A stretch of 64,000 nucleotides of DNA from Schmidtea polychroa. Taxonomy: Eukaryota. The notes under the pieces are model-generated. The model was not told the origin of the DNA, searched no databases, and worked only from the letters and a program-made list of their open reading frames with translations. Numbering within the stretch: position 1 is the stretch's first letter; each line of letters opens with the position of its first letter. The stretch covers positions 52,392,001 to 52,456,000 of the forward strand of contig CM097885.1 in assembly GCA_044892525.1 (NCBI GenBank), in the 5' to 3' direction. Positions 13,430 through 28,057 of the stretch are shown here, in pieces. Both the position numbers and the translations under genes were made by a program.

Positions 13430-14149
13430 TTAATGCAAATTCGCGAGTTGGTCAAAAGCAGTGTTGGTAATTAAAGAAAAACTTTCAGCATTGGTGACAG
13501 TCTGTGAGAGACATGGTGTCTCAGATCGGGATGAAGCTTCAGTAGCCTCTTTTGCATTACAGGATTATGAACTAATAACCAAAACAAATTGAGACAATAT
13601 TATAGAGAGAAATAAAATAAGACAAAAACGACACAAGAAATTTTTCTAGTAGGAGAGATGTTAGAAACTAGATGTTTTAAGTGTTTTTTAATGGACACAA
13701 ACCCAAAACAATGACAATTTCAAAAGGAGGAACCAGATTCTATCGACTAACCTTTGTTAAATATCATATTTCATCAATATTTGAACTAGAATCAGCTTAC
13801 CTTAGCAATGTCAAAGCAGAGGTTGGTTCAAAAAACTGCGTCAAATCAAGTATAACTCAGTATTTCAGTAAGACCAATACACCTTTTAACAGCTTGGTTG
13901 CAGTTGAGTGTAATTGTACTAAATTTAACAGTGGATTGCTTGAAGATGTTATTGCATTACTGGAGAAAGAATATTGTAAACTGTTGCAGTGGCTTATATG
14001 CATTCGGCATGCAAATGAACTACCACGGAAAAATTTGGCGTACGTAACCATTAAAGACCATTTAACAAATGTTTATCATTCTGTGGACAATTATTTATAA
14101 AAGACTATGCTGCCTTACCAAGTGTTGAAATGAGGTTACTCAGTACGAT

Positions 14150-14225
<76 letters not shown>

Positions 14226-14470
14226 GGGGAATAGTTAGTACAGTTTCAGTTGGTCAGTGCCCTGAAACCATTCTAGTAGGAACTTAAGGACACTATATCA
14301 CTCAAGATGCCTGACTGTCATGAACAGAATGCTATGTTTATATGTATCAACTTCTTAACCCTCATCTAATTTGACAAGCCTCGTAACATATATAATGAAA
14401 ATTTACACACCAATGTAATTATCTATAAAAGTTAACCCACCATGCAAGGATGATGCATTTTATCAATTAG
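13430..14470 (+). pseudogene. Decayed DDE transposase (hAT-related, hATm-like)
   Basis: VCERHGVSDRDEASVAS, IERNKIR, FNGHKPKT and LQWLICIRHANELP; multiple stops; interrupted by (TA)n at ~14157-14223. Confidence 0.6.
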
Positions 14471-15066
14471 CACATTTTAACTTCTTTTGCACAACTCTAG
14501 AGGAACTCTAACAATTTCATCCATTTTGCTAATTAAATTTCAAATTATGATATGTAATGTGATGTTACTACCTGTAAAGGTAAAAGGTTTTATTGTATAT
14601 TTAGCGAAGAACTTGGTCGCTATGGAAATGTGGTACTAGATGTTCAGAAGCCTGAAACTGATAAACAGAGAAAGAAGAAAAAGAACTTATTAAAAAGAAA
14701 ATATTTTTTAATTAAAATCAGAGTATTTGTATTAATATCAAATACTTTACATATTAAGTACTCAAAACATTTTTTTAATAAAATATAAAAAATAAAAATC
14801 TTTTGTGTTAAGTAATTTTTGTTATTATTGACTAAAAACATTTATTATTCTTTTTACAATTTAATCCTGATTAAAATTAAATTTTCGGTTTCTGAATCAC
14901 TGAAATTAGTCTGCTTGCAAACTATATAAATGTTAATATTTAAAATTAAAATTTTATTCATTACTTCTTATATTTTAAAAGTCGTCTGCTAATTCATTCT
15001 CAAAATTTTCAATTTCATTCAAGTAATCAGATATTATGAATGATTTGCAAAGAATTTGTTATAATG

Positions 15067-15125
<59 letters not shown>

Positions 15126-16530
15126 TTCCAAAATTTATAAAATGAATAGCAGTTATGCTAACTTATAAAATTGTAATATAAAATTAAAAATTGTTTTTTT
15201 TTATATCTTTATGAATGTTAATTGACAAAATTTGATAAAATATAAACAAAACTTTGATTATGAATTATGTTTAAATTGTAATAAGTTTGTTTGAATTTAA
15301 AAAGCTTTAAAAAATGAAAAAAATTATTTTATTATTATTAACTTTTGTATGGTTTACATTTTCAAATCATGTAATTATTGGTGCGCCAAGCTGAAGATAT
15401 TTACGTTGATCTAGAAATCGTTTCTAGTCTAATGTGTGAAAATGTCATAACGCTGGAGCTCACCGTTAGAAAGTTTTATATGATTCAATACATTTTGGCA
15501 TACAAATACATAATATAATACACTTGTGTGCATGGAATATCAATATGGATTATGTTGTATGTTATACTGTTAGTATATATAACGTCAAATAAGAAAACAA
15601 AACTCAATGAGGATTTTTATTCAACGTCGAGTAATCTAAGCATAAATAATTTCCATACCATATCAATCCAAAACATACATTCATTTGTTATTTTATTTTA
15701 CTTTCATTTATTTAAATATTTATTTATTTAATTAATTTAATTAAATTTTCACAACATACATAATAGGAATACAAACTTTATTATTTAAAATTTAATAAAA
15801 AACATGACGAATAAAAAATTTGAATAAAATTCTGAACATTCTACTTTGAGTTGTAATTAAAATGAAGAAATAACTTAATACGCGTTTTATTTATTTAATA
15901 TTTTCAATTTTATAATTTTATTGAATTTCAGATATTTCTGTTAAAACATTGCTTTTTGCGAAGCTCAAAGAGATGATAACGTAAGGTTATAATTTAAAGT
16001 TTTTACAGCATTTCAAATATTCAACCAGGTTCTTCTATCTTCTTCGATGTTGAAAAAAATACTCAAAAATTGTAAATTTTTATAACTTAATTAAAAAAAT
16101 CATATTTTGATAGAATTTTAGAACATGGCAAAAGCCAAGTAATTAATGCCATGGAAAAAACAAACTTTGAGAAATGTCCAAAGAAAAATAGACAGTGGCA
16201 AATAAATTATTTCAGAAGTAAGAATATGAAAAGTAAGCTCGAGATAGATTCCGAAACCCTAAAAAAACTATTTAATTCATGTTCATGGTTTTTGCATAAG
16301 TGTCTGAAAAATTGATGTATTCTGTTATTATTTTTTCTTTTGTTATCGAAATAAATCCAAAATTTAAAACATAAATTTCTATATAATATTGAAAAAATTA
16401 ATTAGAAATATATTATCATTGAAAAATTTACTTAAAATTTAAAATTTTATTTGACAGATATTACAATTAAACTTCATTTTCAAATATTTTGTAAATCATT
16501 TATGATCAATTTACACATCAACCTATTATA

Positions 16531-17271
16531 GTGACGTGTCAAAAGGGTTCAGGACAAAACGGCCCCGTCTAAAAGGCCCCGACAAAAAGACCCCGTTATT
16601 AAGCCCTCCGTCAAAAAGGCCTCTGACATAATAGCCCTTGGCAAAAGTGACCCCTGTCAAAAGGCCCCCCGCTAATAGAACCGCGTAAACACTGAGTAAA
16701 CAAAAACACTTATACTTAAGCTATAAACTTATCTCCACTCGCTCTGGAAAACTTTTAAATTCTATTTTACACAGCACTGCCATACTCTCTTCTTGACAGG
16801 CATGATATATCCACTCTTGCTAACGCATTCCGTGAATTCTTCACTGACAAAGATTGATTGAATTCGTGCCATATTTACTATTCCGGCCTCTCTAACTCCA
16901 TCTGAAATGCCAACTACTCCCCGCCAAAACCATTCCAAAACGTATAGAACCTATTGTAAACCGTCTAAATCGTTTGTAGACAGAGATATGTAGACATTAT
17001 TTTGACATTTACCAGTTGACGCTTAAAAAGTCACGGATGACGTCGTTTTGAAATCAACATACATACAATATCTTTCTTTTCTACATACAAATATTTCTAT
17101 CTACGCGGTGCCATTGGTGGGAGCCCTTTTGACAGGGGTAATTTTTGTCAAGGGCTCTTTTATCAGAGGCCCTTTTGCCGGGGCCGTAATATCGGGGCTA
17201 TATTATCGGGTCCCTTTTGACGGAACCGTTTTGTTGGGGCGTAATGTCCCATGCCCTTTTAACGGGGTACT
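16531..17271. mobile_element. Mutator/foldback-like MITE with modular long TIRs
   Basis: ~150-bp imperfect inverted ends built from GNCAAAA(G)GGCCCC modules; flanking direct repeat ACCTATTATA(G) at 16521 and 17272. Confidence 0.7.
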
Positions 17272-18442
17272 ACCTATTATAGATGCTTTTATTCTAATGA
17301 AATGAGTGTAGTTTGACAAAAATGTTCTTATAAGTTTAAAATAATTAAAAATTAAAAATAAAAAACAATTCAAATCATTGCTTTCTATAACATTTAGAAT
17401 TTCAATATAAATAATATTACAAAATATTCCATGAAATTTTATTTATTTCGCTATAATAATATCTTATAAATCCAGTATTATTTAAACAAATTGTGATATC
17501 CACTCTAAATGTCAACAATGCATAACAATTAAAATGTAAATAATTTTCCCAATTAACCTTTTCATTATTTTTCAATCTTGATAACTTTTTATGGCTATTT
17601 ATCACCAAGTTTCATTGTTAATAAAATTTAATTAAACTCTGGTTTTTCTTGCTATTAAAATAAATTTTATTTTCTTTTTTTAATCTTTCTAAATATTTTC
17701 CATTTCAATAGTTTTGTAAAATTTCGAAAAATTTTATTGAATGATAACTTTGTAATTTTTAAAACTCTAAATACTCAACTACAATTATTTTCATAACATT
17801 ATTATTATCCATTATGAATATGATTATAATTTTATAAAATAAATGCTACTAATTTATTTATTATGCTCAAATTGTAAAATTTATAACGCTAATTTAGATT
17901 TTTAATTATAATAATTTATTCCTTAGTTTTAATGTGTCCAATAAAACTCTAAATTAAGAGTAAAACGAATAGTATTCTTTTAGTTCTTTGTATTTAAATA
18001 TTGTTTTCAATTGTTTTTTCTGTTACGTAATGTCGCATCAATATTTTCTTATTAACTCATATATTTTTTATATTCATTATACGTGGTGCGACCATTAAGT
18101 AGTGAGACTTGTATAGAATTAAATAAATGAAAGCAAATATATTTCGTATTTACAATAAGCAAGTCATTTATGGTTTATTTCTCAAAATAATATCCATTTG
18201 AACATTACGTAATATTCTGTTTAGTTTTAACAATTCAATATTGTACATTATAAATATTAATATTAATTTGTAATGTTTTACTTTACATATAAAAAGTTTA
18301 ATTGATTTACTTTTGTTAACTCCTTAATTTAAAGTATTAAACATAAGTGATATTATTTTTATACCGATTGAAAATTTGCTTTTTATGAAAACTTTTAACT
18401 TTGTGTAATAATAAAGTGTATTAGTCTTATTGCACTGCGATC

Positions 18443-18611
<169 letters not shown>

Positions 18612-18631
18612 TAAAATTAAATAATAATTAC

Positions 18632-18739
18632 TTAATGGTAATAAAATGAAAAAAGGTAACCAGCATATTATAAAAACTCCAACGACAATTCCAAGAGTCT
18701 TTGCTGCTTTTCTTTCTTGTCGAAAAATTGCACATTTTC
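18632..18739 (-). CDS. Aminergic GPCR, internal coding exon (end of ICL3 + TM6), not in the ORF track
   Basis: 108 bp, phase 1-1, tttAG acceptor and GTAATT donor; encodes (R)[35 protein letters not shown]. Confidence 0.93.
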
Positions 18740-20860
18740 CTAAAGTAAAATATTAAAAGAATTTTTTAATTTTTAATATATTTATTTATGTATTAATTAA
18801 TTTTGTTACTTCAACTCTTTTTGTTGAAACATTAATGAAATTTTAAATAAAATCATTTGGTAAATTTAATAAATTTGACTTTCATTATATTTAAAATAGA
18901 AATTGGGTACCATGCTATGCCAAATCAATTTCGACATTTAAAGTTGTCCAATATACTTGAATAAATAAATTTATTAATTGATAATTTCCTCTAAAGGATT
19001 TTTTGGAAATTCTTTTTGATGGTTTTTTAGTTAAATTAAATTTATTGATAATTTACTATTTTTATTTAATTTATTTTTATTTCATACTTATCTATCCAAA
19101 ATTGAAAAAAAATTGTTTTTAGGGATTTTAAATTTTTGAATTGAGAAAAATATTTCTCGTAGGATTTCTGGCGACTTCTTTCACATATAATATAAAAATA
19201 ATTCATCCGCTTTCTTTGATAATAGTCTATGCGACGGTAACATTATTTAAGCGCTGTTTGATTGCAGTGAAACCTTTAAGTTATCTATTGAAACTTCCTT
19301 TTTTTGTTTTGCATTATTCATGGAGAAAATTTGGATTCATAATACAAAATGTCATTGTTTATTTCATTTTTCGGATTTTATGAAACATATCGACCAATAT
19401 GTTTGGTAAATGTATTTTGTTTAAAAGTTTGAGATATTTATTTTTAATGGTAAGTATAATTTTAAGATTTGTTTGTTTATTGAATTATAAAATTCATTTT
19501 TAATTAAATGGCATTTAGAAGATAATATTGTCCCAACAATGACTTCTTGGTATGTTATAATTGTTGAACATTCAAAATCTTTATATTTAGACAAAATTTT
19601 TCAAATAAATAGATTTCATTTTATAAGAGAAATATTAGAACTAATTATGTTTATTTTCGTATTTAAAATTATTAAGAATAATCAATTTTTGATATTAATA
19701 ATGAAATATAATTTGTTGAAAAATATTGATAGAAAGTTTAAATTAGTAATTGTAAAACAAATAACTTAATTTTTTTGTAATTGTTTTAAATCTATAATAA
19801 ATTTATTTTAAAAATAAATATTAAATATTATTAACACCATTAACATATACCAAACCTACCATAAATTAAATCCAAATTTATTAATTAATTTTTACATTTT
19901 ATATTTTATAGGAAAAAAGGATCATTGTAAGATTAATATATGGAAATTATTTTTTTATATTATTAAAGTCAATAAAAATTAACAAAATTTCGTTATCTTA
20001 TTAAAATACTTTATTACATGTGATAAAGGTTGTACGTAAAATGTGTGTTTAATCTTAATTAACCAATTGTCATTTAATTAAAAAGCGAAAATAGAAGAAT
20101 TAGAAATTTTTATATTTGATAAAAAGTGACGACGATTTTTTTAAATAATTTTAATTTAAACCAATTTATAAATTCACTTAAATTTTTATAAATGTTTTAA
20201 ATTATTCAAATTTACATAAAATTCTAGAATTAAATTCGATTGAATAAATTATACAAAATAAACTCAACATTTTAATTTCATTTTGTAAATATTTATTACA
20301 AAAATTTAAATTGATAAAAATGACTTTGCAAAATTTTATTGAAAAACTTTAAAATGCATTATTTTTAAAAAATCAATTTTTTATTTTATAATTTTATCTT
20401 TTAGAGTTGAAAATTATTTTATTTTTTTTTAATCTAAACATTTGAGTCTATGTTAAAAGATTTGCAATAAAAACATAAAATGAAACGGCGTCCATGATTT
20501 AATGTAAATTAATCAAATATTCGGAATAATTTTAACAATATACATTTTTCTTCTATTCAACCAGGTTCTTTTATCTTCTTCAATGTTGAGAAAAATACTC
20601 GAAAATTCTGAATTTTTATAACTTAATTAAAAAAATATTATTTTGATAGAATTTTAGAAAATAGCTTTTCTATCAAAATAATTATTGGTTTAAGGATAAA
20701 ACTACTTTTTCATAATTTACATTATAATAAATTATAATTGTAAATTATAATTAAAATGAACTAAAATGAAAAATTAAAATAAGTACTTCCTAACGTTTTG
20801 ATTTTGTATCAAAAAACATCGATATATTTCTGATTTATAGTCTTAAAGCTCTCTTTTTAG

Positions 20861-20865
<5 letters not shown>

Positions 20866-20953
<88 letters not shown>
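20866..20953. repeat. (TA)n microsatellite
   Basis: Pure TA run; similar tracts at ~14157-14223, 15069-15122, 23462-23520 and 25372-25487. Confidence 0.95.
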
Positions 20954-20958
<5 letters not shown>

Positions 20959-21749
20959 CATCATTTTGCAAGTCGGCTGTGTCTGATTCCTCGTGTTCTT
21001 ATTTGAACCAATAAATCAAAACCCAACACAGAATAACTTTATTAAACTTCAATCAAAATTACAATTCGTCACTAGATTTGCACCTTTTTATCCAATAAAT
21101 ATTGCTCGCAAAGGGAGACAACCTAAGATTTTTTTATCCACTACTTATTTTTACCAATGAATTATTTATTTTAAGTTTTATTGCTTAAGTATATTTCATT
21201 CGTATGCATAACAGAAATTTTACAGTTTCAGCATTTTTACACGGTTTTTAAACTAAATATGGCCGTTTATTTCATCTTACACGGTTTTCAGATAACATGG
21301 AACGTACTATTGGAAAAAAATCTTTTTACACAAATTTGTGACAATCTACTATGTTAAGAAAGTATGGTTTATCTAATTAAGGTCGTTCACAAATTATAGT
21401 AGAGCTCTTAGAAATTGAAATAACATTGAGTTAATTTTAAAAACTCTTTTAACATCTGAAAATAACTTTGCAGTTCCAATTTTACCAAAAACACAAAAAT
21501 ATATTTCTTATTTGAAGCAGTCATTCTTTGCTTTCTAAAATATCAACCGATTATAAGTACAATAATTTCATTAACCATTTAATGCTAGGGTTTTTTGATA
21601 AAAAGTATTAAAAATTTGTTTTATTATTATTTATTCAACTGCAGGCAAATTCAAACTGCGTAAAATACATCGTTAACATTCACGACCGTTACTCGTGTTA
21701 GTTAAAAATAGAACGCTGCGAGTCGAAACCGGTGAGCATCACTCGGGCT

Positions 21750-22133
21750 CAACGTTCCCTCTAAGCCATAAGCAACAGTGCGCGCAAAGTCAGCTGCGAT
21801 GAGCAGCCTTTAAATACAGATGAGCGTCAAAATGCTATAACGTGGTTGTAAGATTTTTAAAACGACACTACAGAAATATACCGTTATTATGCATCTGGTT
21901 ATTAACATTGAAAATTTTTAAATATTCAAGATGAACCACATAATAATATTGAGTATCAAAAATTCGTAATGTTTTATAATAAATATGTTAATTAGAAGGT
22001 GAAAATAAAATAAAAAATAGCACATTTTTTTACTAGGAACAACTGCCATGAAACGGTTGAATTAAATATACTGCGCTGAAAATAATTTTGCTGGGCTGGG
22101 GAGTTGCAAGCGCGCAGCTTAGAGGGAACGTGG
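21750..22133. mobile_element. hAT-type MITE
   Basis: TIRs CAACGTTCCCTCTAAG / CTTAGAGGGAACGTGG; perfect 8-bp TSD CTCGGGCT. Confidence 0.88.
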
Positions 22134-23458
22134 CTCGGGCTATCAGAAATTAAAACGTATTTTGCGCGCGAGTGTGACTCGTTCAAAGGTACGAAGTGGT
22201 TAAATCAAATTCCAGTTTTTACACTATTGTATAATCTTTTTGATTTCCACTTTCAACGTATGAGTTACTGCAATTTACATGAAATATCAAATTTTACTTT
22301 CTAAACATCATAAAATTAAAGTTTTTCCCATGCCTTCATAAATGCCAGATCTGACACTAAACTTAAATGAGAAATTTCAATTTATTGTCAAAAACAAATG
22401 ATAAATGGATATTTTAATGACCACATAAAACAAATTTTTCAACTTTCTTGAAATTTATCTTCATCAAGATCCGTTTCAAATATTTCAAATAACATATCAT
22501 AGTCACTATCAATTGCATTTTTTAAATCTGTCATTTTTTACTATGCAATTTTCAATTGAAGAAAATTTGAATTATCAACTTAAATTTTTTTTTCAATAGT
22601 AACATACAAAGTATGATCAATTTAACTAATTTTTTTAAAAATATTTTTGAAAAAAAGAAATATTTCGTCAAAACAAAAATTATAAAAGAAATTTTTACTG
22701 TATTTACTATGAACATATCACATTGAAAAGTCAATTTCAAAATAAATTTAGAAAATAATTATTTATTTAGCAAGAAATTTCGACAAAACATTTTTCATGT
22801 TTAATTTAACAAATTCATTTACCGGCTATCTTAACATACTTAGTTGTAAAACTGAATAATATTTAAAATGACACAAAATATATTATATATTTTACAAATA
22901 TTAAAACACCTTAGTATTTATTCATGAATTCCATAAAACAAATATGATATGTTTATAAAAATTGATAAATATATTAAAAAATATTTTAAAAAATATTTTA
23001 AAAAATATTCGAATTAAATTAAAGTAACTCGATGATTTTAAAAATGAATTTAATTTCTCAACATAGCCATTATTATTGCTTACATCAGATTGTTGGTGAT
23101 TATTAAAATATTTAATTACTTTTTTGCATATTTATGGTGACTGATTTACAACTAAACCTTTCATTTAATCTTATTCTCTGGATCCTCCAAATTGAAACTT
23201 CTTTTCGAGCTATTCAAACAAAATAACCAAGGGATGTACTAAAAAGTAAGAAAATTTAAATGTCTTAACTTTGTGCTTTGAGACATTTTCTCTAAAGTTT
23301 CTCTTGTCTAATTTGAAAACGTAAAAGTTGCTTCGCGATTCTGGAAAACGAATTTACGTATCAAGTAACCCGAATATTGACTAAGAATGCAAATTTCAAG
23401 AATATGGAGAAAAAATAATAACAAAAATTTTTGAAAAAGTTATTATTATTAAGAGTTG

Positions 23459-23524
<66 letters not shown>

Positions 23525-25369
23525 TTTATCTTTATTTAGAAAAAAAATAGCAAAACTGACATTTATAATAAATTGTTATGTAATGATTTAATTAATTATA
23601 TTAAATAGCATTCATTTAAAATGACACTTTTGATGTATAATTGCTCTAATTATTTTAATTTAATGGTGAATATAAATTTTTAATTTTTTATAAATAATAG
23701 TTTTATGTAATTATAATAATTATTTACAAATTTCTTAATTCTTAACAGACTAGGAAATGAATTATCTATGAGAAAATTACATTATCCGCCACAATTATCA
23801 ATTCTTGTGATATGAGATATTTTGTAGAAACGTTTGTGAAATAAATTGTTTAAGTGAATAGAAATAATATGATATATATGAAAATGTATGAGACCACTAG
23901 ACTGATCAAAAGATTTCCAATTAAACACAAAGCAATAATATTAATAAATTTATAAAAATAAATGACGTATCTTTTTTATTTTCTATTAATTCATTTGGCC
24001 AATATCGTTTTTTTCATTTTTATAACTGAGACTTTTCATCAGACATTCAATATTTCTAATAAAATTTGTCAAAAACAAAACAAATGTCCCGTTTTTTTCG
24101 ATTAATACCCTCAACGACCCGTAGATTCTTCCTTCATAGAAATTATACATTATCATTTCTTGTATCAACTCAAAAACAACATCAGGGTGGTTGGTCTGAC
24201 ATTCGTAAGCACGCATTATGTATTAACTAATGAAAATACAGAACTTTTATGAATCGACATCAATAACTTAAACGGTTTGGCATTAGATCAGAAGTTACCA
24301 TGTAGAGATAAATAGAAAATAATTACTTCAGGAACTGGAATTGACTCTTTTGTTATTTATTTATTGCTGTTGTACTTTATTGTTCTATTGATAAATTAAC
24401 TCATTAAATTTAATGTAATTAAATTCAAGTTTATTATTTTGCATGCAAGAATACATTTTAAATGGACACTGATTGAGACTTTCAACAATGGTTGATTCCA
24501 AGATATGTGTATAAAAAATAAAATCTTTTTCAAAGTTTGGAAGGTGCTCTTTGGCAGATTGACGAGGATTTATTTTATTGCAGTAATATCAATAATATAT
24601 GTTTCTGACCTAATAATTTGATTTTCCTAATGGAGATAAACATTCTGAGAAGTTTGAGATAATCCGTTGATAAAGAAATTATTTCAATAAAACTTCTAAG
24701 ATCTTTTGTTTTTTGTTGTATTCTGCTTATCTTCTCATGGATCGGCCTAATCTCAGTTTTAATTGATCCATGAGGTTCTGTATTTTTGCTTGCAGTGTTG
24801 ATTCTCCAACTTATTTTACTTGATAAAATGCTTTTCCTTGAATCTATATATGTCGGTTTACTGCATCTGCCAAGTTGCAAAGGTTCTGATGTGAATAATT
24901 GATATTTGCATTGAATTTTAAAGTTTTTATTGAAGTAACAAACTACAGCTCGGATCATTTTCTGGTTTTATTACTTTGTAGAGTTAATTGAGCTCTCTAA
25001 GATAGATAGGTGATTTTCTATAAAAACATTGAGAATTCACATAAATTTACGATTGTTAATTTCAATTTACTGTATTGTTGTTTGGATTGCGAATTGAGAT
25101 GATCTAAAACTCCTTTAGTATTGTTACGGAACTATGGAATGTGGATTTTACTTGTACAAACCAGACTGAAGCATTTTGTGGAAATTTTAACTGAATAAAA
25201 ATATTTTCAGCAATTTCAGTTTAGACAACTGTAGTGACATCTCAGCTAAATCAAATTAACCACTTATATATTTAGAAACTGGCATAAGATTTCACGTGTC
25301 CCAATCCTGTTGTTTAAAGTTGTAAAATAAGATTGCTATTATTTGGAATTAGTTATCAAAATAATCAAT

Positions 25370-25492
<123 letters not shown>

Positions 25493-25674
25493 TGTTGTTG
25501 TTAAATTAAATAATTAATAAATTACTAAATTAAATTCAATATGTTAAAATTTAAAAAATAATATATTATTTGAATTATAATTTTTAAAAGAATGAAATGT
25601 TTTTTTTAAAAAAATTTTTATATATAATTAATAATTAATACAATTAATAAATTTGTTTAAAAATCCTTAATTTA

Positions 25675-25745
25675 TAGTTATTATGTCCTACCTGATGATG
25701 ACAGGAACACTGTTGAAATATATCGTGAAAAGAATGTTTGATTTG
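25675..25745 (+). ncRNA. Minimal hammerhead ribozyme-like motif, family A (Penelope pLTR type)
   Basis: TAC-CTGATGA-T-GACAG-GAACA-CTGTT-GAAA-TATA-TC-GTG: canonical core, stem II, palindromic ATATAT in place of stem III, AUC triplet, 3-bp stem I. Confidence 0.6.
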
Positions 25746-26497
25746 CACTTTCTTATTTTTTTTTCTTTATTTTTTTAAATGATTTTCATAGTCTATAGAT
25801 AACAATTTGAATAAATATCTGTTTTTTAAATTTCATACACAAAATAGACATTGTTGAGTTAAAAATTAGTATTTTAATGTCATTTCTCAATAGTTATTGT
25901 ACATAATTACCGATTAGACGTATTTTGGTCACAATTTTCAAAATGAAAATTTCAAATACATAGAACAAAACTTTTGAATTGAAATTTACTTTTGAAAACA
26001 TCATTAAATTTTTAATTTTCTCCATCATTTCTGAAGGGTTACAACTAAAATAATAATATGGAATATATTTTCAATTTATTTTTATTAATTTATAATTGTA
26101 ATTCAATTTTAATTACAAACAACTAAAATTTATTTTAAATTACAAAATAATAATAATTATTATTATCAATGTTGATATATTTATTTAATTATAATTGCCA
26201 TGTAATTACTGACCTTGTTTATAAACTGTTATTCCTTATTTTTTGAAGCTTAAAAAATAATTTAATTATACAAACAAAAAAAACTTCAACAAATTGTTAA
26301 TAACGATACTTTGTAGTTTTAACCACCTTAAAGACAGACTATTAAATACTTCTTAAACTTTTATTATACAAATTTGAAGTCTACTATTTTATATAAAAAT
26401 TTGAAAATTTGTATTTTAAGATTGTTTTTATTGCCCTACTTAAAGTGTGAAATAAACCTTTTAATAGTTTTGTGTAGTTTCAAATATAAATTTATAT

Positions 26498-26627
26498 TAA
26501 AAAGCTTGACTATGAATCAGTAAATATATCAAAAACATCGATATATTTACTGAAAAATAGTCAAGATTTTTAAAAAATACAATGGAAAAGAAATCAGTGG
26601 TGAAATTTTTAAAAAAAAGTTCTTATA
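26498..26627. repeat. Dispersed repeat family C (palindromic form)
   Basis: Hairpin CTTGACTATGAATCAGTAAATATATC...GATATATTTACTGA...TAGTCAAG; related copies at ~4481, 20808, 28250, 30205, 49188, 51575 and 59216. Confidence 0.85.
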
Positions 26628-27651
26628 AATATTATATTTATAACTATTTAGTACTATAATAAAATTATTAAAAAATAACCTACAATTTTTGAGAAATGTC
26701 ATTTACCAAATATTTCTGAAAACCAAAATATTATTTATTGTCTATGAAACTTTTTCAAATGCAAAATGACATTGAGTTATTAATCAGATGAATTAATAAT
26801 CTAATAATGTTGACATTGCTTTCTATCAAAAATCTTACATTAGATTGTATATATGATTTAACTATTAACAAATTGTGCTGGCAATTAATTACCTTGTGTG
26901 AGTGGGGAACCCGCAACACGTAATTCGCATCAAGTTGGAATGTTATTTCAATTAATGTAAGTAAACGAGGTGCTCTGCTATATATAACTTGTTGATAGAA
27001 CTACAAATTTATTACAGACCAAATTGGCCAAATAATTGGCACTTTTTAAGTTCTAGTGCAATTTGAATTTATCTAATTCTTTTTATTAAAAACAAGTTAT
27101 ATTATAAAAGTCATCAAAGTTCATAATGGGTAACAACATTTTCATCTTTTTTTCATTTTTCGTAAAGACGACAAATTTTTTTGGAATAAAAGGAATTATT
27201 GGTTTCTAACATATATCATATCTGCTATAAAATTAACTTTCAAAACAAACTTCAACAGTTATATGAAAATAATTAATTAAATTATTTAGATTTTAATGTT
27301 GAAATGGATGGAAAGGATTCCTCGATTTATATCAAAAACTTCTTTAATTAAATAATTTTTTAAAAAAAAATTATTTATTTTTTAATTTTTATTTATTGAT
27401 GCTTTTGTGATAGAAATATAATGAAATATTCGAATACAGTGTAAAAAAATGCAAAATATTTTTAATAATGAAGTATATAAAACTACATTAATTCTATAAT
27501 ATTTATGTTAGCTGTTTCGATAACTTTGCTATAATTGTATATTTGCTGTTCTTTCTGCAAACATTTAATTAATTTTTCCCATTTCTAATTATTTAAATAA
27601 TTTTCTTGGCTGTTGAGATAAAATTCCTTTTGATAAACAAATAAATGTAAA

Positions 27652-27692
<41 letters not shown>

Positions 27693-27695
27693 TTA

Positions 27696-27772
<77 letters not shown>
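27652..27772. repeat. Head-to-head (AAT)n/(ATT)n microsatellite
   Basis: AAT run switches to ATT at ~27695; source of the spurious poly-Ile ORF. Confidence 0.9.
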
Positions 27773-27773
<1 letters not shown>

Positions 27774-27895
27774 TTATTAAAATATATAATAGCAATATAA
27801 AATAATAACAATTAATACTGACAACCACCAATAGTAAAATCATGATAAATAATATTTTTCTGACTAGTATTTTTATATATTTATTTATTTAAATA

Positions 27896-27980
27896 GAAAT
27901 TGACAAGGACTATCGTATAGTCGAAAATTCTTTCATTAAATACATTATTTGCAGCAAAAGGGTTAAATTATCATTTTATT

Positions 27981-27985
<5 letters not shown>
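27896..27985 (+). ncRNA. Minimal hammerhead-like motif, family B (copy 2, best preserved)
   Basis: GAAA-TTGACAA-G-GACTAT-CGT-ATAGTC-GAAA-ATTC-TTTC: stem I GAAA/TTTC, U3-A8 core, 6-bp stem II, UUC triplet; followed by an (ATT)n tail. Confidence 0.55.

Positions 27986-28057
<72 letters not shown>

Noticed and set aside
26880..27150. Possible Helitron Rep/helicase fragment or extra GPCR exon
   Set aside because: Stops in the frames examined, and the GPCR CDS is complete without it.
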